From Macrostomum lignano (taxonomy: Eukaryota), in NCBI GenBank assembly GCA_002269645.1, contig NIVC01000921.1, positions 62,001-126,000 on the forward strand: a stretch of DNA of 64,000 nucleotides. Reading direction: 5' to 3'. How positions within the stretch are numbered: position 1 is the first letter of the stretch; every line of letters starts with the position of its first letter. The notes beneath the pieces are model-generated. The model was not told the origin of the DNA. It worked only from the letters and a program-made list of their open reading frames with translations, and ran no database searches. The translations under genes and the position numbers were made by a program. This document shows, one piece after another, positions 22,801 through 34,486 of this stretch.

Positions 22801-25800
22801 TAGCAAAGGGTAGCTAAAATGTCTGGCAAATTAACAGTTGGGATTGTCTATAAGGAAAAGCATAGTAGACAAAGGGAGTCAACTAACTGAAAAGTATGCA
22901 GCTGAATTGCAAAATAGAAAATACAAATATTTGGAAAATGGAAATCCAATAGCACATTTTCTAAGGGTCAGAATCAGATAATATCAAATTTTCAAGATTT
23001 TCAAGATTTTAGATTTCTACTTTTGAGATAATTGAAATTAAATTAATATTCAAGATTAAGTGTAATTAGCATCTAGCCATAGTCCAGAAGAAGGCATATA
23101 TAGTGAAAATTTCTCAAGAAATTTGGCATATATATTGGCATTCAAGAAAGTGATTTTGGGCTTTTGGTATACAAATTTAATATTTTGGTGTATGATATGC
23201 ACCAAAAATTAAAAAAATCATATTTTTGATAATAGTAACAATAGTCATCCATGCATTATAATGGTAAAATTTAAGAACTATTTAATGCAAAATTCATTCC
23301 CATCTTTTCTACAAGGTAATGATTTAAAATTGTAACAAAAATCACTAGTGTAGTATAGTAGTCTAGTAATACTGTTATCAAATCGATTGATTTGAAGCTT
23401 TGCTTAAATAATATACTCAGCATACATTGGCATATACAAAAAAAATTTTTGGGGGGTACATATAGACTGTTCTAAACTAATATAGAAACTAATATAGCCT
23501 ATTTACACTATTATTTGCACTATTTTTCAATGTAATTATTGTTACTTGTTAAATGTATATAATATAGTGATGATAATAAAAAGAAAAACGATTTGATTGT
23601 TTTAATTATTGAGCTTAAAGATTGAGCTTGAGATTTATGATTTAAGTATAATAATATTGGCAAGGCTCCAGTTTGTTTTACAATATTATTTTCAAGTTTG
23701 AATTGGTGCCACAATATAGTGCCTTTGAGCACTAGATAGAAGTAAATGGAGCAATAGCTGGAGTAGTAGATAGTGCAATAGATAGGGCAGTAAAAGTAGC
23801 AATTGATAGAGCAGTAGATAAAATGATAGAGTAATAGATAGTGATAAAGTAGTAGATGAGCTAGAGGCTAAAGAATTTTCTGATATCATTTCCTATCCTT
23901 TTTGGCCAGATATTTTTTATACCATGGTACTATGTTGCAGCACTAATTCAAACTTTAAAGTAATATCAGGAAGCAAACTGGGTGATTGCCATAACTGCAA
24001 AATATCATAGTTACAAAGTCTGTAGTTGCAAATATTGACTTTTTTCAAGATCTTGAAACCAATATCAAGATTTAAAAAAGTGCCAATATCTTGATGATCA
24101 AGATCAAGATTAAGATCTTGTCCAACCCCTAGTAAAAACTTTTTTCCTTTGACAATACAATTTTTGGACTTTTAATTTTAGGATGCAATTTGAAATTTTT
24201 CTTTATCTCTCAAGTCTGAAACTATGTTTCAAAATAATAATTAATATTCAGATGATTGATAGGGCTAAAATAAAGCTCAAGACAAGCTTTTTCAAAATCA
24301 AAATATATATTCTCAATCTCTACATGTCTCTATTCAATTTTGGAATCAGGATTAGAATCCCATCCTAGCTCTAACTCTAATGTGTAACTTACTTAAGTAA
24401 ATTTTAAAAATAGGATAAGATCATGATCTTGCCCAATCCTACAGATTTTGATCCCATCTAACCTCTGTATATTCTTAGACATTAGAAGAAGATAAGAGTC
24501 CCAAAATACCACCCATGATGCTAGGTTAGCACAAAATTTTAAAAAGGATGCAACACATTCTTTTCTTGCTACTTATCAATAATAGTAATATATAAGCATA
24601 GTAAATAATTGCCTTATCGATTGGATCCATCCTAATGCAACCCAGGCGGACGGTTTTGGCCTGGCCTCGGCTGTAGCCGACATTGACTCGGCCGCAGGCG
24701 CGCTGAACCTGAACGGTCTAACCTTCGAGGACGAAGACGACGCCGAGAATGCCGTCGGTGTTGGCGCTGGCGGCGCGTTGTACACCCGCGACCTGCCTGA
24801 GCACGCCTGCGCCTACTGCGGCATTCACGATCCGGCCTGCGTTGTGCTGTGCAATTCCACACAGAAATGGTTCTGCAATGGCCGCGGCAATACTAGCGGA
24901 TCGCATATTGTTAATCATCTGGTCCGGGCTAAGACTAAGACTGTTAGTCTGCACAAGGACAGTCCGCTTGGCGCTACTGAGCTGGAGTGCTACGTCTGCG
25001 GATCTAAGAATGTCTTTCTGCTGGGCTACATTCCGGCTAAAGCAGATTCCGTGGTTGTGCTGCTCTGCAGACAGCCGTGCGCCTCGCAGAAGAAGGACAT
25101 GAATTTGGACTCCAATCTGTGGGAGCCGCTTATCCAGGATCGCCAGTTTCTGTCCTGGATGGTGGGAGGCTTTGGGTTTTATTTTCTATGCTATTGTCAC
25201 AGTTTTGTGTGCCCCCTCTGCCTGTCATACTGATCATCACGGCTTTGTGTGTGGCCCCCTCTGCCTGTCACACTGATTGACATGCTTGTCCACCAGCTGT
25301 CACACTGATTGACATGCTTGTCCACCAACTGTCACACTGATTGACATGCTTGTCCACCAACTGTCACACTGATTGACATGCTTGTCCACCAGCTGTCACA
25401 CTGATTGACATGCTTGTCCACCAGCTGTCACACTGATTGACATGCTTGTCCACCAGCTGTCACACTGATTGACATGCTTGTCCACCAGCTGTCACACTGA
25501 TTGACATGCTTGTCCACCAGCTGTCACACTGATTGACATGCTTGTCCACCAGCTGTCACACTGATTGACATGCTTGTCCACCAGCTGTCACACTGATTGA
25601 CATGCTTGTCCACCAACTGTCACACTGATTGACATGCTTGTCCACCAGCTGTCACACTGATTGACATGCTTGTCCACCAGCTGTCACACTGATTGACATG
25701 CTTGTCCACCAGCTGTCACACTGATTGACATGCTTGTCCACCAGCTGTCACACTGATTGACATGCTTGTCCACCAGCTGTCACACTGATTGACATGCTTG

Positions 25801-28800
25801 TCCACCAGCTGTCACACTGATTGACATGCTTGTCCACCAGCTGTCACACTGATTGACATGCTTGTCCACCAGCTGTCACACTGATTGACATGCTTGTCCA
25901 CCAGCTGTCACACTGATTGACATGCTTGTCCACCAGCTGTCACACTGATTGACATGCTTGTCCACCAGCTGTCACACTGATTGACATGCTTGTCCACCAG
26001 CTGTCACACTGATTGACATGCTTGTCCACCAGCTGTCACACTGATTGACATGCTTGTCCACCAGCTGTCACACTGATTGACATGCTTGTCCACCAGCTGT
26101 CACACTGATTGACATGCTTGTCCACCAGCTGTCACTGATTGACATGCTTGTCCACCAACTGTCACACTGATCCGACCCCACCCTACGATCCGCAGGTGAA
26201 GGTGCCCTCGTCGGAGGAGCAGATGCGGGCCAGGCAGATGAGCGCCGCCCAGATGAACAAGCTGGAGGAACTGTGGAAAAGCAACCCGGCCGCCACGCTA
26301 GAGGATCTGGAGAAGCCGGGCGTAGACGAGGAGCCGAATCGGGTGACGCTGCGCTACCAGGATGCCTATCAGTATCAGAACATACTGGGCCCGCTAGTTA
26401 AACTGGAGGCAGAGTACGACCGCCGGCTGAAGGAGTCTCAGACTCAGGAAAGCATCAGCGTGCGCTGGGACATGGGCCTCAATAAAAAGCGAATAGCCTA
26501 TTTTCAATTTTCTCGCGCTAACGAAGAATTAAAAATTATGCACGGCGACGAGCTGCGACTTCGCTATATGGGCGACTCGGCCAAGCCTTGGGTTGGCGTC
26601 GGAAACGTCATCAAGATACCCGACAATCACAGCGACGATGTGGCCATCGAGTTGAAGAACAACGCCGGCACGCCGATAGAATGCCAGCACAATTTCGCGG
26701 TAGAATACGTTTGGAAAAGCATCAGCTTCGATCGAATGCAATCGGCCCTAAAAAAGTTTGCCGTCGATGAGCACTGCGTCACTTCTCATATCTATCACAA
26801 ACTGCTTGGGCACGACACTGACGATATTGTGTTCAAGTGCCAACTGCCTAAGCGGTTCTCTGCACCTGGTCTGCCTGAGCTCAATCACAGTCAGGTGAGT
26901 TTTACCTGGGGACTGGCTTTGATGGCAGTTCTGATCAGGTGTGTTTTACCTGGGGACTGGCTTTGATGGCAGTTCTGATCAGGTGTGTTTTACCTGGGGA
27001 GTGGCTTTGATGGCAGTTCTGATCAGGTGTGTTTTACCTGGGGACTGGGTTTGGTGGCAGTTCTGATCAGGTGTGTTTTACCTGGGAGTGGCTTTGATGG
27101 CAGTTCTGATCAGGTGTGTTTTACCTGGGGACTGGCTTTGATGGCAGTTCTGATCAGGTGTGTTTTACCTGGGGAGTGGCTTTGATGGCAGTTCTGATCA
27201 GGTGTGTTTTACCTGGGGACTGGCTTTGATGGCAGTTCTGATCAGGTGTGTTTTACCTGGAGACTGTCTTTGGTGGCAGTTCTGATCAGGTGTGTTTTAC
27301 CTGGGGACTGGCTTTGATGGCAGTTCTGATCAGGTGTGTTTTACCTGGGGACTGGCTTTGTTGGCAGTTCTGATCAGGTGTGTTTTACCTGGGGAGTGGC
27401 TTTGTTGGCAGTTCTGATCAGGTGTGTTTTACCTGGGGACTGTCTTTGGTGGCAGTTCTGATCAGGTGTGTTTTACCTGGGGACTGGCTTTGGTGGCAGT
27501 TCTGATCAGGTGTGTTTTACCTGGGGACTGGCTTTGGTGGCAGTTCTGATCAGGTGTGTTTTACCTGGGGACTGGCTTTGGTGGCAGTTCTGATCAGGTG
27601 TGTTTTACCTGGGGACTGGCTTTGATGGCAGTTCTGATCAGGTGTGTTTTACCTGGGGAGTGGCTTTGATGGCAGTTCTGATCAGGTGTGTTTTACCTGG
27701 GGAGTGGCTTTGATGGGAGTTCTGATCAGGTGTGTTTTACCTGGGGACTGGCTTTGATGGCAGTTCTGATCAGGTGTGTTTTACCTGGAGACTGTCTTTG
27801 GTGGCAGTTCTGATCAGGTGTGTTTTACCTGGGGACTGGCTTTGATGGCAGTTCTGATCAGGTGTGTTTTACCTGGGGACTGGCTTTGTTGGCAGTTCTG
27901 ATCAGGTGTGTTTTACCTGGGGAGTGGCTTTGTTGGCAGTTATGATCAGGTGTGTTTTACCTGGGGACTGTCTTTGGTGGCAGTTCTGATCAGGTGTGTT
28001 TTACCTGGGGACTGGCTTTGGTGGCAGTTCTGATCAGGTGTGTTTTACCTGGGGACTGGCTTTGGTGGCAGTTCTGATCAGGTGTGTTTTACCTGGGGAC
28101 TGTCTTTGGTGGCAGTTCTGATCAGGTGTGTTTTACCTGGGGACTGGCTTTGGTGGCAGTTCTGATCAGGTGTGTTTTACCTGGGGACTGGCTTTGGTGG
28201 CAGTTCTGATCAGGTGTGTTTTACCTGGGGACTGTCTTTGGTGGCAGTTCTGATCAGGTGTGTTTTACCTGGGGACTGGCTTTGATGGCAGTTCTGATCA
28301 GGTGTGTTTTACCTGGGGAGTGGCTTTGATGGCAGTTCTGATCAGGTGTGTTTTACCTGGGGAGTGGCTTTGATGGGAGTTCTGATCAGGTGTGTTTTAC
28401 CTGGGGACTGGCTTTGATGGCAGTTCTGATCAGGTGTGTTTTACCTGGGGACTGGCTTTGGTGGGAGTCTGATCAGGTGTGTTTTACCTGGGGACTGGCT
28501 TTGATGGGAGTCTGATCAGGTGTGTTTTACCTGGAGACTGGCTATATTCTGTTATATATTCTACGATATTCTATTATTGGCAATAGTTTTTTAATTGGAA
28601 TAATTGTTTACCTTAGAATTGGGCAGGTGTTTAACAAGCTGTGCCAACCCCACTTCGGATCAGGTTTACGCTGTCAAGACTGTTCTGCAGCGACCGCTAA
28701 GCCTTATTCAAGGCCCGCCAGGCACGGGCAAGACTCTAACCTCGGCTACAATAGTATACCACCTGTCCAAGCTCAACCAAGGCCAGGTGCTGGTGTGCGC

Positions 28801-31719
28801 CCCGAGCAACATAGCAGTTGACCAGCTGACTGAGAAGATTCACAAGACCGGCCTAAAAGTGGTCAGGCTGTGCGCTAAATCGCGCGAAGCAATCGACAGT
28901 CCGGTCTCCTATCTGTCGCTGCACGAGCAGGCTCGCAATGTTGAGGGATTTCCCGAATTAAAGAAGCTTCAGCAGTTGAAAGACGAGGCGGGCGAATTGG
29001 CTCTGGCAGACGAGAAGCGCTACAGACAGCTGAGGCGTCAGTGCGAGCGGGAACTGCTAGCCGACGCTGATGTGGTCTGCTGCACCTGCGTTGGAGCTGG
29101 GGATCCTCGTATTGCCCGTCTACAATTCCGCTGCGTATTGATTGACGAGTCTACTCAGTCTACTGAGCCCGAGTGCATGATACCCATTGTGACAGGCTGC
29201 CGGCAGCTGGTGCTGGTTGGCGATCACTGCCAGCTCGGCCCAGTTGTCATGTGCAAGCGGTCAGCCGCTGCCGGGCTCAGTCAGTCTCTGTTTGAACGGC
29301 TGGTAGTGCTGGGCACCAGGCCTATCCGATTGCAGGTGAGATTTTTGCAGAAGCATCATTCATGTACACATATGCTCAGGAGTCGGCGGAATGGGCAGAA
29401 TTGCGAGTCTAGGGTACACTTCCGAGTATGGAAACCCTCACAGTCCCCATATCCACTTACCCCGCTTTCAGGTGCAATACCGCATGCACCCGGCCCTGTC
29501 CGCCTTCCCGTCCAACATTTTCTACGAAGGCAGCCTGCAGAACGGCGTCACAGCCCAGGACCGAGCCTACCCAGGCTTAGATTTTCCCTGGCCGCAGCCG
29601 GACAAGCCTCTGATGTTTTATTGTACAGCCGGACAAGAGGAAATTGCCGGCTCTGGCACGTCTTATCTGAATCGAACCGAGGCTGCCAATGTGGAGAAGG
29701 TTGGTGGCATCCGTCAGTTGTTTATTGTCCCAGTTGCGTATCTTGTCTGACTATGCTGACTATGTCTGACTATGCATGACGGTGCATGACGGATCTCCGT
29801 CTTTGTGTCTTCTCACCTGTTCTAGCTCCTGTCTTTGTGTCTCCTCTTACCTGTTCCAGCTCCTGTCTTTGTGTCTCCTCTCACCTATTCTAGCTCCTGT
29901 CTTTGTGTCTCCTCTTACCTGTTCCAGCTCCTGCCTCTGTGTCTCCTCTTACTGTAATGACAGTTCAATAAATGTAAACTAAGTTTAATTCCATAATCCG
30001 CAGGTGGTTACCAGGCTGCTCAAGTCCGGTATCGATCCCACGGCCATTGGCGTCATCACGCCCTACGAAGGCCAGCGCGCCTACCTGGCCCAGTACTTTC
30101 AATACAACGCCACCCTGAACGCGAAAGTCTACTTAGAGATCGAGGTGGCCAGCGTGGATGCATTCCAGGGCAGGGAGAAGGATTTCATCATATTGTCCTG
30201 CGTTCGCGCCAACGAGCACCAGGGCATCGGCTTCTTGAACGATCCTCGCCGACTCAACGTAGCTCTGACCCGGGCCAAGTACGGCCTGGTGATCATCGGC
30301 AATCCGAAGGTGCTGTCTAAGCAGCCTCTCTGGCATCATCTGCTTGTCAGCTACAAAGAGTTGCGCGTATTAACCGAAGGCCCGCTAAACAATCTGAAAG
30401 AGTCGCTGATGCAATTTCCTAAGCCTAAGAAGCTCATTAATCAGGCCAATCCGGGCGGAAGGTAATCAAACTTTATTACTGTATTATACAAAACTGTACG
30501 TTTGATGCTCCCTACACCCTCTATGCCTTAGAGCTTCGGTTCTCATCAGTGGGAATCTCACGAGAAGCCCCAAACCCAATTTTCGTGCACTAACCACGCT
30601 GCGAATTAACAGTAGAACTTCTAGGGGGGGGGGGGGTACCAGCAGTTGAGGGTTGCCCAGTAAATGCCCACTGTCGGCTTGATCAGCGAAACTAGAGGAG
30701 TTCGCTGCAGCGTGTCCATAGTCACCTGGTGTCACCTGTTGAATGTTCAGAAGCTCCACCTGGCTGAAGGCCAGTGACCAACGAAGTCAGGGCTGATGCA
30801 GACACGTGTGTTCGACGAGCTGATTAAATTTGGAGGCTTGGCAAGGCTGCACTGAGGCGCAGTGCTAATTGGCGCACAGGGCTGTAAATCCGACCTTCTG
30901 GCAGAATCGTTGAATATCTTGACAGGCCAGAGAGGGGGGTGGAATTCCCCCCTCCCTTGGTAGTTCCACGGGCGAAAAATGGATTGGTGTTCCTATTTGA
31001 AAAATGTAGCCAGAGTCTGTCAGACATCATTGCTCCATCATTTCTTTCCCAGATTCATGAACTCCACAATGTTCGACGCGCGCGAATATTTCGGCTTCTC
31101 CGGAGGACCAGGCGGCAGCGGCGGCGGTGGGGGCGGTGGCTACTCCGGTGGCTACCCCGGCGGCCTGTCCGGTCCTTCGCATTACCAGCAGGGACCCCCG
31201 CCATCCCGCGGCGGCGGCGGGCCGTACGCGCCGCGGCCGCACGATCCGATCGCCATGATCGGGTCGCACCGGGCCTATCAGGCGGCCGCCGGCCTCAACC
31301 TGCCCATCCCGGTTGGCCTGCTAATGCAACAGGTGCATCCGAGCGCCTACGCCGTGTCGCAATACCCAGGCGGGCCGCCCATGCCGCCGCCTAATCGAGG
31401 CCAGCGTCATCAACGACAGGCCGGTCCGGCGCAGCCGCGCGCCACTGGCTCTGACATGTCGGGCGCATCGCAGATGCTGACTCAGCCGCAGTCTCAGCTA
31501 GGCCTGAGTCTGGCCGGTTTCTCCCAGACTGTCGGCGGCGGCGGCAGCGGCATCGGCGTCGGTTTCAGCCAGGACTCGTACGCAGCTGGCGGGAGAAGCC
31601 AGCATAATCCGGGCCAATCGCAAGCGGACGCCATGCTTAGCCAGGACTCGGCCTATCAGGGCGATCGGCAGGCTAGCCAGGCTGGCCTGAGCCAGCACGC
31701 TCCGCTGTCCCAGTTCTGA
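19816..31719 (+). CDS. UPF1: Regulator of nonsense transcripts 1 (UPF1 SF1 RNA helicase), 1148 aa, 7 exons
   Basis: join(19816-20022,24646-25161,26196-26894,28664-29335,29472-29699,30004-30461,31053-31719) = 3447 nt, all GT-AG and phase-consistent. N-terminus [12 protein letters not shown]; CH domain [18 protein letters not shown]; Walker A GPPGTGKT; DESTQ; QYRMHP; [10 protein letters not shown]; C-terminal SQ-rich tail ending LSQF. Confidence 0.97.
21204..21375. mobile_element. Fold-back (MITE-like) element / long hairpin in UPF1 intron 1
   Basis: Perfect 37-bp inverted repeat (21235-21271 vs 21302-21338), extending to about 63 bp with mismatches; 30-nt loop. Confidence 0.7.
25265..26170. 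repeat. 32-bp minisatellite, about 28 copies, UPF1 intron 2
   Basis: Unit ctgtcacactgattgacatgcttgtccaccag. Confidence 0.97.
26895..28540. repeat. 44-bp minisatellite, about 37 copies, UPF1 intron 3, starting at the donor
   Basis: Unit gtgtgttttacctggggactggctttgatggcagttctgatcag; the first copy begins with gtgagt at 26895. Confidence 0.97.
29800..29950. repeat. 34-bp repeat, about 4 copies, UPF1 intron 5
   Basis: Unit ctcctgtctttgtgtctcctct(t/c)acctgtt(c/t)(c/t)ag. Confidence 0.85.
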
Positions 31720-32157
31720 GTTTGTTCGCAACCATGCAATTGGAAAGGCGCTTGCAACCCCAAATCGGCGTTCAGCAATAATCTGTTCTTGTTAGGCGTC
31801 GGCTGGCGCAACTGGCTGAGGTAGTTTTCTTTCTATATATAGCTAGACGTGACTGCAGGGGGGAGCTTTGTTTGCGAGGTACTAAAAACGCCCGAAGTTC
31901 GGTCGGAGGTTTCAAGCGGCGAGCCCTGGAAAGAAGAACTCCCGATGACTGATGATTGATTTCTTTTTTTCGACTTTTTTTCATTATTTGCGGCGGTTCT
32001 GCTAAAATGTCTGACAGCGCTTGTTCAGTCAGCACTGGCTTGGCTTGTAACTCGTTTCTTAACGTGAGCAAAGGTTCTTGGTGAGTCAGCTTATTACAAT
32101 TTTTTTAATCCTTTACCATTTAATTCACAAGTGAACAACTAATCACTCTTAAAATAA

Positions 32158-33520
32158 GCCTTAGCAACCAGTCCCCGGCCTTAGCAACCGATGCCTAGTC
32201 TTAGCATCCGATGCCCAGTCTTAGCAACCGATGCCTATCCTTAGCAACCAATCCCCAGCCTTGGCAACCAGTCGCCAGCCTTGGCAACTAGTCCCCAGCC
32301 TTAGCAACCGATTCCCAGTCTTAGCAACCAGTGTCCAGCCTTAGCAACCAGTGTCCAGCCTTGTCCAGCCTTAGCAACCAGTGTCCAGCCTTAGTAATTA
32401 ACCAGTGTCCAGCCTTAGCAACCAGTGTCCAGCCTTAGTAATTAACCAGTGTCCAGCCTTAGCAACCAGTGTCCAGCCTTAGTAATTAACCAGTGTCCAG
32501 CCTTAGCAACCAGTGTCCAGCCTTGTCCAGCCTTAGCAACCAGTGTCCAGCCTTAGTAACCAGTGTCCAGCCTTAGCAACCAGTGTCCAGCCTTGTCCAG
32601 CCTTAGTAACCAGTGTCCAGCCTTAGCAACCAGTGTCCAGCCTTAGCAACCAGTGTCCAGCCTTAGTAACCAGTGTCCAGCCTTAGTAACCAGTGTCCAG
32701 CCTTTGTAACCAGTCCCCAGCCTTAGTAACCAGTCCCCAGCCTTAGTAACCAGTCCCCAGCCTTAGTAACCAGTCCCCAGCCTTAGTAACCAGTCCCCAG
32801 CCTTAGTAACCAGTGTCCAGCCTTAGCAACCAGTGTCCAGCCTTTGTAACCAGTCCCCAGCCTTAGTAACCAGTCCCCAGCCTTAGTAACCAGTGTCCAG
32901 CCTTAGCAACCAGTGTCCAGCCTTAGTAACCAGTGTCCAGCCTTTGTAACCAGTCCCCAGCCTTAGTAACCAGTCCCCAGCCTTAGTAACCAGTCCCCAG
33001 CCTTAGTAACCAGTGTCCAGCCTTAGTAACCAGTGTCCAGCCTTAGCAACCAGTGTCCAGCCTTTGTAACCAGTCCCCAGCCTTAGTAACCAGTGTCCAG
33101 CCTTAGCAACCAGTGTCCAGCCTTGTCCAGCCTTAGTAACCAGTGTCCAGCCTTAGCAACCAGTGTCCAGCCTTAGCAACCAGTGTCCAGCCTTAGTAAC
33201 CAGGGTCCAGCCTTAGTAACCAGTGTCCAGCCTTAGTAACCAGTGTCCAGCCTTTGTAACCAGTCCCCAGCCTTAGTAACCAGTCCCCAGCCTTAGTAAC
33301 CAGTCCCCAGCCTTAGTAACCAGTCCCCAGCCTTAGTAACCAGTGTCCAGCCTTAGTAACCAGTGTCCAGCCTTTGTAACCAGTCCCCAGCCTTAGTAAC
33401 CAGTGTCCAGCCTTTGTAACCAGTCCCCAGCCTTTGTAACCAGTCCCCAGCCTTAGTAACCAGTGTCCAGCCTTAGTAACCAGTGTCCAACCTTAGCAAT
33501 CAGCGGCCAACCTTAGCAAC
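32158..33520. repeat. 20-bp minisatellite, about 65-70 copies, downstream of the UPF1 stop
   Basis: Unit ccagccttag(t/c)aaccagt(g/c)(t/c). Confidence 0.96.
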
Positions 33521-34486
33521 ATACCAACTTCCAAAAAGAGCCCAAACTAAGGAAAAAAATGATCAACATCACATTTCAGCCCTTACGACTGTAAGCAGCA
33601 ACAAGGCTTGCTTGGTTCCGATCTAACAATCAACTGACAATCGGCCAAGCGCTCCTAGCCAGCTCTGTGTGACTACGAAATAGCAGATGCTTATAGAAAA
33701 GACTTACAGGGACTATTTCGCAGCCTGATTACTGCTGCTGCTAACACAGCCTAACCCCAGTGATTGACCACTCCGTGTGCTTGCGCGCAGAACTCCGCAC
33801 CCCAAAAAATCAACACTCGCCAAATTGTTTTTACCTAAATAAATTTCTCAAATCTATATACTTAATCTATAACACTATTTTTATTAGTAATTATAATATC
33901 CGCTACACAGACGCGTGTAAAGTGTAAAATTTAATATAAAGCTGCTGAACTTCTCTCCATCAACTGCCGCCCCCTTCTTCTCGTGTTCCCCATCCGCTAT
34001 GTATTGTCATTAATATTTCTTATGTAGAAATCAAACTAGGGATCGTATTCTGTCATTCTGATAGCTAATATAGGACGCAATTGAGTCTTCAAACTTAGTG
34101 TAGTCTTATCCATATGGATAAATTCTCTTTGTTTAATCGAAGCCAACAGATATTATAATACTTAGACGGTCTACTACCTTAATTCTTTGTCTTTTAAATT
34201 GCGCTAAACAGTAGTGAATAAATCCAAGCATCACTTTAGTATGGCTTGTTAACTAATCAGTTTTATTAATATTCATCTTATTTATCCAGGTTCTATTTGA
34301 GTTTGTAATGTAATTTTCCATCCATAAACTTAACTGTACGGTTACATTACTAATAGTAGTAATATGACCCTACTAATATTCAAATAAACAGGCCCCCATC
34401 ATCTATTTTTGGATGTTGTTTTATTCCAATTGCTGTTGCCTCGCTAAACATTTTATTTTGCCTTTATTGTACTTTATTACTCTTAA

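Noticed and set aside
19100-24615. AT-rich block as contamination or foreign DNA
   Set aside because: It contains the genuine, in-phase first exon of UPF1, and the same pattern recurs in the FRMD gene. Kept instead as a finding; long reads are needed for final exclusion.
32158-33520. ccttagcaac units as an RFX/X-box binding array
   Set aside because: Only half-site resemblance, most units read tagtaac, and there is no independent evidence of regulatory function.
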